Positions 19,071 to 28,428 of a stretch of DNA of 64,000 nt are shown here, piece after piece. A model generated the notes under the pieces. It worked only from the letters and a program-made list of their open reading frames with translations. It ran no database searches and had not been told where the DNA came from. Origin of the DNA: Nitrospirales bacterium (GTDB taxonomy: Bacteria > Nitrospirota > Nitrospiria > Nitrospirales > UBA8639); NCBI GenBank assembly GCA_965203295.1, contig CBDBCZ010000019.1:1152001-1216000 (forward strand), in the 5' to 3' direction. Position 1 is the first letter of the stretch, and every line of letters begins with the position of its first letter. A program made the translations under genes and the position numbers.

Positions 19071-19925
19071 CTAGAGTGAGATTGCGGTCCTTGCATTCCT
19101 GAGTGGTTCAAGTAGTCTCTCCGGTATCTTTAAGTTTCCCAGCCTTCTCCTCACTCGAATGTCGGGTTTCATGGCTCCGTGAAAGTCACTACCGCCTGTC
19201 ATGAGGAGGCCCAGACGGCGAGCCGTTTCCAAATATCTCGAGGTATCTCTGCGTGTGTGCGTACTATAAAAGACTTCGATGCCTGCGAGACCTACTTCCT
19301 TTAACATTTCAAAAATGTTTTGGTGCTTGCCCGTTTCTCCCCTGACCCAGTTGTGGTGTGCAAGGACAGGAATACCGCCTGCCTCCCGAATCCAGGTGAT
19401 GGCTTGGGAGACATCAGGTAGGTCACGGTCAGCAAAGGCGGAGGCCCCATGGCTTAAGTACGAAGTAAACGCTTCCTGAACGGTCGAGACGTATCCTTTC
19501 TTGATCAATAGGGAAGCAATATGAGGACGTCCGATTGAGTCTGTCTGGGCATCAGCCTGAAGTTCTTCATAAGAGAGAGATATACCGAGATGATTCAAGT
19601 TATCAATGATCGCGGAGTTTCGTCCTCTTCGAGTGGATTGGAGATGAGAAAGGCGTTCATGGAGTCGTGAATCTTTCCAATTGAGAAAGTATCCCAACAA
19701 GTGGATTTCATCTTTGTCATATTGTGAACTGAGTTCTATGCCAGGAATAACTTCAATGCCATATTGACTGGCAGTCTCCAGGGCTTCAGGAATTCCTGCC
19801 ACGCTATCGTGGTCGGTAATTGAGACAGTCGTCAAATCAGCTTCGTGGGCTAACGTGAGCACTTCTTTCGGGGAACAACTTCCATCAGAAAAATGAGTGT
19901 GAAGGTGCAGGTCTATTCCGGCCAT
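19071..19925 (-). CDS. PHP-domain metal-dependent phosphoesterase (TrpH/YciV-like)
   Basis: DLHLHTHFSDG, ITDHD, GIELS, GRPH, GGSDFHG. Confidence 0.92.
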   Translation of the reverse strand: MAGIDLHLHTHFSDGSCSPKEVLTLAHEADLTTVSITDHDSVAGIPEALETASQYGIEVIPGIELSSQYDKDEIHLLGYFLNWKDSRLHERLSHLQSTRRGRNSAIIDNLNHLGISLSYEELQADAQTDSIGRPHIASLLIKKGYVSTVQEAFTSYLSHGASAFADRDLPDVSQAITWIREAGGIPVLAHHNWVRGETGKHQNIFEMLKEVGLAGIEVFYSTHTRRDTSRYLETARRLGLLMTGGSDFHGAMKPDIRVRRRLGNLKIPERLLEPLRNARTAISL

Positions 19926-19967
19926 AACGGGGATGTGCGCTTTTTCAATATGATTCTTGTAAGCGTT

Positions 19968-20906
19968 TCAGTTGGGTATGGCCTTTTGTGCTAATAGACG
20001 AGCTGTGATAGCCGACTCACCGTTGTGAATCGTGGGGTGTGGGGCTTCGTCGTAGTGCAAAATCCATAATCCTTTGGAACGTTCCAAGAGTTCATTATGG
20101 GCCAAACAAAACTTCTTTCTGCGAGGATGTTGATACAGATGGTGATTATCGATAAGAAACGTTTCGTACATCAGGACTCCCCCTGGTTTCAAGGCTTGCA
20201 GTAAACGGCTGAACAAAGGGCGAAAGAGATAAAAAAAGACAAGGACCACATCAAATTCTTCATTTCCGAGAACAGGTGGGCTGGTCGGATGGGTTTCAAG
20301 GTCCATGATTTGTGTTGAGAGTTGCGAGAACCCCTTCTCACGGGCGACCGTGTTTAAGGTAGAAAGAGCGGCTTCGTCGCGATCCAAACAGATGACCGAA
20401 TGTCCATGGTTGGCCAGATAAAGAGCATTTCGCCCACTCCCCGCGGCCACATCGAGAGCTTTGCCTTTTGGAAGGCGATGGAGGTAATCCACAAGGAATT
20501 GAGCTGGAACTGAAATTGAAGACGACACGTGGGAGGAGAACATTGCAGGGCGGGGTTTGGTTAATCGGACCCCTACTGTGCCTTTGACAAAGTCCAATGG
20601 AGGGGAAACTTTCCGTACCCAAATCTTCACTTGAGCAATGGGATATTCATTGAACAATTGATGAACCATACTGTCGGCCAAGGTTTCAACTAAGGCAAAT
20701 TCATTTTTCGTTCCAAAATGAACCACCGATGAAACAACTTCGGCATAGTCAACTGTTTGGGTAATATCATCTTGGGAAATGGCTTCTGCATGGGAACACT
20801 CAAGTTCCAGGTCGACCATAATAGGTTGAGGGGTCTGGCGTTCCGTCAGTGACACCCCGCAATATCCTTGAAATGTTATACCCTCAATGACTAAGGCGTC
20901 TCTCAT
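19968..20906 (-). CDS. folB: Dihydroneopterin aldolase fused to a class I SAM-dependent methyltransferase (TehB-like)
   Basis: N-terminal GYCGVSLTER...TVDYA...LVETLA...VRK (FolB); C-terminal ALDVAAGSGRNA. ATG at 20906. Confidence 0.85.
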   Translation of the reverse strand: MRDALVIEGITFQGYCGVSLTERQTPQPIMVDLELECSHAEAISQDDITQTVDYAEVVSSVVHFGTKNEFALVETLADSMVHQLFNEYPIAQVKIWVRKVSPPLDFVKGTVGVRLTKPRPAMFSSHVSSSISVPAQFLVDYLHRLPKGKALDVAAGSGRNALYLANHGHSVICLDRDEAALSTLNTVAREKGFSQLSTQIMDLETHPTSPPVLGNEEFDVVLVFFYLFRPLFSRLLQALKPGGVLMYETFLIDNHHLYQHPRRKKFCLAHNELLERSKGLWILHYDEAPHPTIHNGESAITARLLAQKAIPN

Positions 20907-20912
20907 AAGGCC

Positions 20913-20941
20913 ATTCTCTTTGCCGTGAAAATGCCTGTCAA
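20913..20941 (-). promoter_or_regulatory. Putative sigma70 promoter of the folB fusion (possibly leaderless)
   Basis: TTGACA-N17-GAGAAT, with 6 nt between it and the ATG. Confidence 0.5.
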
Positions 20942-20969
20942 GAGAGAGAGAATTAGATAGATCCCTTGC

Positions 20970-20999
20970 TTGACGGGATTTTGAACTCCCACCTATAAT
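20970..20999 (+). promoter_or_regulatory. Putative sigma70 promoter of moaCDEA
   Basis: TTGACG-N18-TATAAT. Confidence 0.65.
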
Positions 21000-21059
21000 G
21001 GCCCTCAACTCACGTTGGCTCTATTCAGAAGAGCCTGACTTCGTTAAAGAAAAGGTAAA

Positions 21060-21551
21060 GTGGCTGAATTCACGCATTTTAATGAATCAGGTCGGGCTCG
21101 AATGGTGGACGTTTCTGAAAAAGCTTCGACCGAACGGACGGCTGTTGCCCAGGGATGTGTGTTCATGCTTCCGGAAACGCTTCATCTCATTCAAAATGGG
21201 AAAATTTCCAAAGGTGATGTCTTGGCTGTTGCCCAGGTGGCGGGTGTGATGGGAGCCAAGCGTACGCCCGATCTCATCCCTATGTGTCATCCATTGATGA
21301 TTTCAAGTGTGAACATTGACTTTAAGGAAGATCCTCAGCCGGACCTCAACGGGAAATGTTCCATCACGATTTTTGCAACAGCGAAAACCACTGGCCCGAC
21401 AGGGGTTGAAATGGAGGCGATGACAGCCGTATCGGTAGCGGCTCTGACTATTTATGATATGTGCAAAGCCGTGGATAAGGGGATCAGTTTCGGCGACATC
21501 TTCCTAGTCGCTAAATCTGGTGGAAAATCAGGAGCCTATTCCCGATCATAG
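21060..21551 (+). CDS. moaC: Cyclic pyranopterin monophosphate synthase
   Basis: RMVDVSEK, LIPMCHP, TGVEMEAM, IYDMCKA, KSGGKSG. Confidence 0.97.
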   Translation: MAEFTHFNESGRARMVDVSEKASTERTAVAQGCVFMLPETLHLIQNGKISKGDVLAVAQVAGVMGAKRTPDLIPMCHPLMISSVNIDFKEDPQPDLNGKCSITIFATAKTTGPTGVEMEAMTAVSVAALTIYDMCKAVDKGISFGDIFLVAKSGGKSGAYSRS

Positions 21552-21667
21552 TCACCTGCCGATGACGTTTGGAACCCAAAGACGTTTTGACCCGTGATTG
21601 GCAGGAATGAGTAAGTGCTTGGGAGATCGCAAAAGTGGAAAATCTTACAGGAACGTCGTCAACAGGG

Positions 21668-21919
21668 ATGATCACCGTTAAATTATTTGGGATACTGAAA
21701 ACCCTCAGTGATCAATCTGGGACATTATCAGTTTGCTTAGAAGATGGGGCTCAGGTTCGACATTTAGTTGAAGCCTTACGGGCAGCCAATCCTCAACTGG
21801 GGGAGCTGCTTAGCCAAAAAAAAGTCGTGATCTCAGTCAATCAGGAAATTGCTCATCCTGACACTGAAATTTCACGTGCAGATGAAATTGCGCTCCTTCC
21901 GCCATTTGCGGGCGGCTAA
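21668..21919 (+). CDS. moaD: Molybdopterin synthase sulfur carrier subunit
   Basis: Ubiquitin-like; ends ALLPPFAGG. ATG start at 21668 is inferred. Confidence 0.93.
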   Translation: MITVKLFGILKTLSDQSGTLSVCLEDGAQVRHLVEALRAANPQLGELLSQKKVVISVNQEIAHPDTEISRADEIALLPPFAGG

Positions 21920-21939
21920 GGATACAGGGGGGAGACGGT

Positions 21940-22386
21940 ATGGCTACAATGGGAACAAAAGAAACCATGCTGGTGCGTGTGCAGCGAGAGAATTTTTCTA
22001 TCGATGAGGAATTGGACAGAGTCCGGCGTCGATCAAAACGCATTGGGGGAATCACCACGTTCCTTGGGACAGCCCGTGACCGATCAAAAGGACGAGATGT
22101 CAGTGGCATTACCTTTGAACATTACGAGGGGATGGCCCAGAAGAAACTCGGGGAAATTCGTGATCGTGCCCTTCAAGACTTTGATGTGATTGAAGTCTTG
22201 ATTCTACACCGATACGGACAAATCGAAATTGGAGAAAACATTGTCTTAATCGTTGTGGGGGCTGAACACCGCGCTGATGCCTTTAAGGCCTGTCAATGGT
22301 GCATTGATGAATTGAAACGAATCACGCCAATATGGAAGCTCGAGCAGACCCCAGATGGTGAAGTGTGGGTAGAGGAACATCCATGA
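21940..22386 (+). CDS. moaE: Molybdopterin synthase catalytic subunit
   Basis: TFLGTAR, EHYEGMA, HR, ELKRITPIWKLE. Confidence 0.95.
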   Translation: MATMGTKETMLVRVQRENFSIDEELDRVRRRSKRIGGITTFLGTARDRSKGRDVSGITFEHYEGMAQKKLGEIRDRALQDFDVIEVLILHRYGQIEIGENIVLIVVGAEHRADAFKACQWCIDELKRITPIWKLEQTPDGEVWVEEHP

Positions 22387-23444
22387 AGACTGTCCCATCA
22401 GGCCACGACACCTCCGACGTCCTGGATACGTTTGGACGGCCACTCAAAAGCCTTCGGTTATCGGTGACTGATCGGTGTAACTTGCGTTGTAAATATTGTA
22501 TGCCTGAAGAGGAATACACGTGGTTGCCGCGGGAGACTCTTCTCACCTTTGAAGAAATTGAGAAGCTTATCCTCATCTTTTCTCAGATTGGAGTCGACAA
22601 GCTGCGTTTGACGGGTGGTGAACCGCTGCTTCGAAGGGATCTGCCTGTCCTCATTCAATTGCTCAAACGCAACGGTCGGATCAAAGATATTGCCTTAACG
22701 ACGAATGGGATCTTGTTGGAAGAGCAGGCCGATGAACTGTATCAATCTGGGTTAAATCGAATTACAGTCAGTTTGGATACGTTGAAACCCGATCGATTCA
22801 AGATGCTAACCCGGCGTGAGACGTTCGATCGCGTGAAAGCGGGCATCGCTGCTGTCAACAAAGTTGGATTTGAAGGATTAAAGCTGGATACCGTGGCTCT
22901 GCGTGGTTTCAACGAAGATGAGCTGGCCGATTTAATTGAATATGGAAAGTCGGTGGATGCCGAAGTCCGGTTTATCGAATATATGGATGTGGGTGGTGCG
23001 AATGATTGGTCCATGGACAAGGTGCTCTCCCAGGCAGACATCTTACTTTCCCTCACGCAACGATATGGACCTATCGAACCTATGGAAGAGAGGGGGGCTG
23101 CGCCGGCCCAGCGGTTTCTCATGCAAGATGGAACCACCTTCGGAATTATTCCCTCGACGACCTCTCCCTTTTGTGCAGCGTGTGACCGGTGTCGTTTGAC
23201 GGCTGATGGGTTATGGTTTCTCTGTCTCTATGCGAAAACCGGGACTGACTTACGGCAACCTCTGCGAGCCGGGGCCTCCTTGGAACATATGAAGAGTCTC
23301 ATCTGCTCTGGATGGAATGAACGCCTCGACAGAGGAGCGGAGGAACGGAAAGCCTTGGAGGCTCTGAATAATCGTGGGCGGTTCATTGAGATTGAAAACC
23401 TTCGCAAGGATCCGCACCTCGAAATGCATGCCCGTGGTGGTTAG
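22383..23444 (+). CDS. moaA: GTP 3',8-cyclase (radical SAM)
   Basis: LRLSVTDRCNLRCKYCMP, FCAACDR..CL, C-terminal GG; ATGA overlap with moaE. Confidence 0.97.
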   Translation: MKTVPSGHDTSDVLDTFGRPLKSLRLSVTDRCNLRCKYCMPEEEYTWLPRETLLTFEEIEKLILIFSQIGVDKLRLTGGEPLLRRDLPVLIQLLKRNGRIKDIALTTNGILLEEQADELYQSGLNRITVSLDTLKPDRFKMLTRRETFDRVKAGIAAVNKVGFEGLKLDTVALRGFNEDELADLIEYGKSVDAEVRFIEYMDVGGANDWSMDKVLSQADILLSLTQRYGPIEPMEERGAAPAQRFLMQDGTTFGIIPSTTSPFCAACDRCRLTADGLWFLCLYAKTGTDLRQPLRAGASLEHMKSLICSGWNERLDRGAEERKALEALNNRGRFIEIENLRKDPHLEMHARGG

Positions 23445-23801
23445 ACGATTCACTTCATTTTGAGGAGAATTTCGCCTTCAACCATTGATCTCATTGTCCT
23501 TCCGACAACCTTAGTGGATTGATTGTTCTATTTCATCTCAATGCCATCGTCAGTCACCCTAATCGATCCCTGCAGGTTGTTAAAAAACTTCGCGCTTCCC
23601 CAAACTCCATTGTTCATAAGACTGCAGAGGCCTGCTGAGGCGTGGGACAACCTATGTCAGTAACCCCATCGATTAAGTCAATGGAGGCGAAGTAGCAGAG
23701 ACATCATGGTGGTGCGCTCTATCATGAACAGAGAGAAACACGAGGGGGGCTTTTTTGATACGTTGCGAGGATATTAACACTCATCAGAGGGACGGGAATC
23801 C

Positions 23802-24647
23802 ATGGCGTGGTTTAAAAAACGCAAGGTGACGGAGAAAGAGAGAGGGAAACTCAACATTGTGGAGGGCATGTGGCTCAAGTGTAGCCTTTGCCGCACCATC
23901 ATGTATGGGAAGGAAGTCGAGAACAATTATAAAGTGTGCACAAAATGTGGCTATCATTTTCCCATTTCTGTCGAGGAGCGAATTGATCTCCTTTTTGATC
24001 GCAATACATTCGATGAGTGGGATGAGGATTTAGAGCCAGATGATCCTTTAAGTTTTACAGATACGCAACGCTACACATTGCGGATCAAAACTGTTCAGGA
24101 AAAGACCGGAAGAAAGGACGCCATCGTTATTGGTCAGGGAAGCATGAATGAACAATCTGTGGTGTTGGGGGCATTTGACTTTCGGTTTATGGGTGGGAGT
24201 ATGGGGTCAGTGGTTGGAGAAAAGATTTGTCGGGCATCTGAGCAGGCTCTGGAAAGGCAAATCCCCTTTCTTCTCGTGACGACATCTGGTGGAGCGCGAA
24301 TGCAAGAGGGGATCCTCTCCTTGATGCAAATGGCCAAAACCGCTGCCGCGTTAGCGAAGCTTGATGAGGCACGTATTCCGTTCTTGTCCCTTCTCACTGA
24401 TCCGACCTTTGGTGGAGTGACGGCGAGTGTGGCTATGTTGGGGGATATTATCTTGGCTGAACCGAAAGCCCTTATTGGTTTTGCGGGACCTCGTGTGATT
24501 GAACAGACCATCAAACAACGACTTCCTGAAGGTTTTCAACGTGCGGAGTTTTTACTCGAACATGGGATGATTGATATCATTGTGCCTCGTCGGCAACTGA
24601 AAGATACGATTAGTTCTCTATTTAATCGCCTCTCATCTCCAGTCTAG
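23802..24647 (+). CDS. accD: Acetyl-CoA carboxylase carboxyltransferase beta subunit
   Basis: CxxC...CxxC zinc finger, FMGGSMGSVVGEK, SGGARMQEG, FAGPRVIEQT. Confidence 0.98.
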   Translation: MAWFKKRKVTEKERGKLNIVEGMWLKCSLCRTIMYGKEVENNYKVCTKCGYHFPISVEERIDLLFDRNTFDEWDEDLEPDDPLSFTDTQRYTLRIKTVQEKTGRKDAIVIGQGSMNEQSVVLGAFDFRFMGGSMGSVVGEKICRASEQALERQIPFLLVTTSGGARMQEGILSLMQMAKTAAALAKLDEARIPFLSLLTDPTFGGVTASVAMLGDIILAEPKALIGFAGPRVIEQTIKQRLPEGFQRAEFLLEHGMIDIIVPRRQLKDTISSLFNRLSSPV

Positions 24648-24827
24648 AAAGTTGAGGGCTTAGGAGCTTCATCCTCTCGTGGCGAATCAATAGGAATTGG
24701 CCTTCATGTACCCGTGATTCAGACTCATGCTGAATCAATCAAGGCTGTCTGAAAGTCACAGTTGTTGCGAGGGTTTCTGGGGTTAGTACATTTTTTAAAG
24801 GAGTTCACGCTGAGAGAAAAGTCGAAG

Positions 24828-26141
24828 GTGCTGAAGTCTTCAACCTACCAAACAGCCATCGAATTCCTTTTCGGGCTGCAAAAACATGGGATCAAGCTTG
24901 GCTTGGAGACGATGAGCACCATGCTTGCCAGGCTGAATAACCCACACCAGCAATTTCCTTCCCTTCATATTGGTGGGACCAACGGAAAAGGTTCCACGGC
25001 TGCGATGGTGTCGACTCTCCTGGAAGCAAGCGGATATCGAGTCGGATTATATACATCCCCTCATTTGATTGATTTTCGAGAGCGATTTCGAATCCAAGGA
25101 CAACCCATCTCAGAGGAGCGCGTATTGGAATTAATTGTCAAAGTGAATCGCGCCATCCCCTCCCATTACTCCCTCACATTTTTTGAGTATGCGACCATCA
25201 TGGCTTTTCAATATTTTGCAGAAGAAAAGGTGGAGATGGCGGTGGTTGAAGTCGGAATGGGAGGGCGTTTGGATGCCACAAATGTCCTGCATCCCATGGG
25301 AGTCGTGATCACGAATGTGTCTTTTGACCACCAGGAGTTTCTCGGAAAGTCGCTTTCAGCTATTGCTTATGAAAAAGCCGGAATCATAAAAAAAGATATT
25401 CCCTTGATTGTCGGTTCGATCCCAACGGAAGCCAAGGAGGTCATCGATCGTCAGGCTGAAGAAAACGGAGTTCCATACGCTCGATTAGGCAGAGAGTTTC
25501 AGGTGACTCCGGTCTCATTCCATCATTTCGACTTTCATGGGTTGGCACATTCCTGGACAAATCTACCTTGCTCCTTGTCGGGATATCATCAGTTTTTAAA
25601 CGCGGGCTGCGCATTGGCCCTCCTGGAGAGTTTACATAGGCATGGGATCGACGTATCTGAAGATGTCGTACGGGGATCTTTGGGCAAAGTAGTCTGGGAG
25701 GGGCGTTTGGAGGTTCTTGGGCAAGCTCCCCTGGTTTTGTTAGATGGGGCGCATAACCCGGCTGCCGCTACCTTTCTTGCCGAATATTTGACACACTTGA
25801 GAACGTCTCAACCTATCGGCAGTATCATTTTGATCGTTGGGATGTTAGAAGATAAAGATCATCAGGCATTTCTGGCGGAAGTGTTGCCGGTCGTAGATCA
25901 CGTGATTCTCACTCACATCCGACAACCTCATAGCGCAACCATTCAGAAGTTACGATCGGAGCTTGGTCAATATTCGCATGCAGAGAAAGTCTCCTCCTTT
26001 TCTTGTATCGAGGAGGCCTGGAATTTCGCGAACCAGTTAGCAACGAAGCATGATGTGATATGTGTGACGGGATCTCTTTTCCTTGTTGGGGAACTGAAGA
26101 GTCTATTGGGTTCTTTCCCTCTCCAAACGGTGCGTGGATAG
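24828..26141 (+). CDS. folC: Dihydrofolate synthase/folylpolyglutamate synthase
   Basis: GTNGKGS, YTSPHL, EVGMGGRLDATN, LDGAHN. GTG start is inferred. Confidence 0.96.
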   Translation: MLKSSTYQTAIEFLFGLQKHGIKLGLETMSTMLARLNNPHQQFPSLHIGGTNGKGSTAAMVSTLLEASGYRVGLYTSPHLIDFRERFRIQGQPISEERVLELIVKVNRAIPSHYSLTFFEYATIMAFQYFAEEKVEMAVVEVGMGGRLDATNVLHPMGVVITNVSFDHQEFLGKSLSAIAYEKAGIIKKDIPLIVGSIPTEAKEVIDRQAEENGVPYARLGREFQVTPVSFHHFDFHGLAHSWTNLPCSLSGYHQFLNAGCALALLESLHRHGIDVSEDVVRGSLGKVVWEGRLEVLGQAPLVLLDGAHNPAAATFLAEYLTHLRTSQPIGSIILIVGMLEDKDHQAFLAEVLPVVDHVILTHIRQPHSATIQKLRSELGQYSHAEKVSSFSCIEEAWNFANQLATKHDVICVTGSLFLVGELKSLLGSFPLQTVRG

Positions 26142-26142
26142 C

Positions 26143-28395
26143 ATGAAGTCTCGCTGCCTAGGCTTTTGTTTTCGTCTCTGCTTGTTGTTGATGTTTGTCG
26201 CATGGTCCCTGAGTCCTTATCAGATTTTTGCGCAGCTCGCTATTCCCGTCGCAGAGTCAAGTGGATCCGGAAAATCGGCTCCTCTTCATATTTCTGCCGA
26301 TCAAATTAAAGTCAACCAAATCAACGAGGTCTATGAGGCTCAAGGGTCAGTTGTCGTTGAACAGGGCCCGTTTCGGTTGACCGCGGAAGAAGCGACCCTT
26401 CACCAATTATCGGGAAAGCTGACCGCCGTGGGCCGGGTTCATTTACGGGATAAGATTTCCGAGGTGTGGAGTGAACAGTTGGAGTTGAATGTCAACACGG
26501 AAGCTGGAGTGATTACCAACGGAACCCTTCATGGCCGGGAAACCAATACTTGGTTACAAGGACGGTTGTTGCAGCGTTTTTCAGAAACCCACTACAGGGG
26601 CAAGGATGGGGTTTTTACGAATTGTGATGCGGATGATGGGCAAATCCCGGATTGGAGTTTTTCATTTAAAGATGTCGATCTGCAACAGCAAGAGAGTGTG
26701 TACGCTGAGGGAGTATGGTTTAGAATCAGAGACCAACTCCTCATTCCTTTTCCTGCCCTTCGATATCCGATGCCTGGAGTGCGAAAGACAGGATTCTTGG
26801 TCCCAACTGTTGCGTTCAATAATGAGTTTGGGTTCATCTACCGGCAAGGATTCTTTTGGGCCCTTTCGCCTAGTCAGGATCTCACCATCACCCCTCAAAT
26901 TTTGACGGAACGTGGATACGGAGGCGATGTGGAGTACCGATATATCTTGAGTCGTAAGGCCAAGGGGAATTGGCTTGTCCGTACGCTGAACGATACAGAA
27001 GTCGATCGGGTACGAGCGCTCATCACTGGCTCACATGTCCACCAGTTCAATCCGGACCTTTCAGTTCGTGCGAAAGTCAACTATGTCACTGATCGGACGG
27101 TATTCCAAGATTTAAGTAATTCTGGAGCATTTCGTGCTCTTCCGAGCCAAGAGTCCGTTCTGAACATCAATCAACGTCTTCGAACTGGTAGTGCGTATCT
27201 CATGGCGCAATATCTTCAACCGTTGGAATCTGGTGGGCAGACGACGTTTCAACGTTTGCCGGAGTTGGGCCATCGATTCAGAAGTTCCCCATTCTTTGGA
27301 GAGACCTTAGTGGTGGGCATGGATTCCACATTCGTTCACTTTGCCAGAGAAGAAGGGTTTGATGTGACTCGTATCGATTTATTTCCAGGCATTTCAACTC
27401 AGGGCCTTCATGCCTGGAACGTCGTTGGGTTGACGCCTCAATTCAAATTGCTCGAGGTTATTTATTCTCATGGTCGGGATTCGAGTCAGGACAATTGGAG
27501 AGATCGGGGGACATACTGGGCGGGCTTTGAAGCCTCTTCCAATTTGTCTAAACGATTTCGTTTGGAGGGGCAGAGAAGTCTCCGTCATACCATTGAGCCG
27601 AAATTGTTCTATGAATATGTGCCCTCCACGGAGCAGGACGATTTAGTCCAAATTGATGCCACAGACGATCTTATCAAGAAAAATTTGCTGACCTATTCTT
27701 TAAGTTCCCGACTACAAGAACACTCCAAAGGCGGGAGTATGACCTTGTTTGACCTTTTCCTGGCTCAAAGCTACCACCTGTCAAGTGCGCCAGGTGACGC
27801 TTCTATCTTTTCCAATATATGGGGACGTGCCACGGGAACTCTTCCTGTGAAGATGAGGGGCCCTCTGACTCAGATATCGCTTACCGTGGATTCTTACATT
27901 GATCCGGGAGACGCTGAATTCAGCCAATTTAATTCAGATCTTCGTCTCCAAGCCGGTGAGAATTGGTACCTCACGGTCGGTCAACGCTATACACGCTCAG
28001 GATTGGTTCCTCGTCGAGGGGATATTTGGAATCCCATTTCATTTAATGAAGTCTTGGCGCCTCAAGCTGAGATCAATTTTTTTACGTTCAGTGGCGCGAT
28101 TCGGATGACGAATGATTTGACGATCGGAACGAAAGTGTATCGCGACTTTGACGCGGGTGTAACCTCTGAGTGGGACCTGGTGGGGTTATATCAAAATCCT
28201 TGCCGTTGTTGGTCATTTGGTGTGTATTACCAACAATTGGGCGGCACGGACGAGGTGGAACAACGTAACCAATTTAATTTTGTGTTGACCTTCAGAGGCA
28301 TAGGGGCGACTCCTGGCTTAGGCACCCAACTCCTTCAAGATCTGCTCGGCCCGCTCTTGGGTGATGAACACGGCGTGCCATGGAGTCCGCGATAA
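26143..28395 (+). CDS. lptD: LPS-assembly outer membrane protein LptD
   Basis: Signal peptide, OstA-like N-domain, FTNC, RKTGFLVP, C-terminal CRCW; ~750 aa. Confidence 0.88.
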   Translation: MKSRCLGFCFRLCLLLMFVAWSLSPYQIFAQLAIPVAESSGSGKSAPLHISADQIKVNQINEVYEAQGSVVVEQGPFRLTAEEATLHQLSGKLTAVGRVHLRDKISEVWSEQLELNVNTEAGVITNGTLHGRETNTWLQGRLLQRFSETHYRGKDGVFTNCDADDGQIPDWSFSFKDVDLQQQESVYAEGVWFRIRDQLLIPFPALRYPMPGVRKTGFLVPTVAFNNEFGFIYRQGFFWALSPSQDLTITPQILTERGYGGDVEYRYILSRKAKGNWLVRTLNDTEVDRVRALITGSHVHQFNPDLSVRAKVNYVTDRTVFQDLSNSGAFRALPSQESVLNINQRLRTGSAYLMAQYLQPLESGGQTTFQRLPELGHRFRSSPFFGETLVVGMDSTFVHFAREEGFDVTRIDLFPGISTQGLHAWNVVGLTPQFKLLEVIYSHGRDSSQDNWRDRGTYWAGFEASSNLSKRFRLEGQRSLRHTIEPKLFYEYVPSTEQDDLVQIDATDDLIKKNLLTYSLSSRLQEHSKGGSMTLFDLFLAQSYHLSSAPGDASIFSNIWGRATGTLPVKMRGPLTQISLTVDSYIDPGDAEFSQFNSDLRLQAGENWYLTVGQRYTRSGLVPRRGDIWNPISFNEVLAPQAEINFFTFSGAIRMTNDLTIGTKVYRDFDAGVTSEWDLVGLYQNPCRCWSFGVYYQQLGGTDEVEQRNQFNFVLTFRGIGATPGLGTQLLQDLLGPLLGDEHGVPWSPR

Positions 28396-28428
28396 GATGT
28401 GCGAATTTCCGAAAAAAAAGAGAGAAAT

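Noticed and set aside
18539..19102. 187-aa alternate-frame ORF overlapping the 337-aa hypothetical gene
   Set aside because: ATT start, Cys/Arg-rich composition typical of off-frame translation, and no slippery site noticed.
21000..21060. Moco riboswitch upstream of moaC
   Set aside because: Only ~55 nt lie between the predicted promoter and the start, which is too short, and no matching structure is visible.
19021..23756. AAAAAAGCCCCTCG (19021) and CGAGGGGGGCTTTTTT (23741) as inverted ends around the pterin cluster
   Set aside because: The match is short, low-complexity and imperfect, resembles terminator halves, and flanks housekeeping genes.
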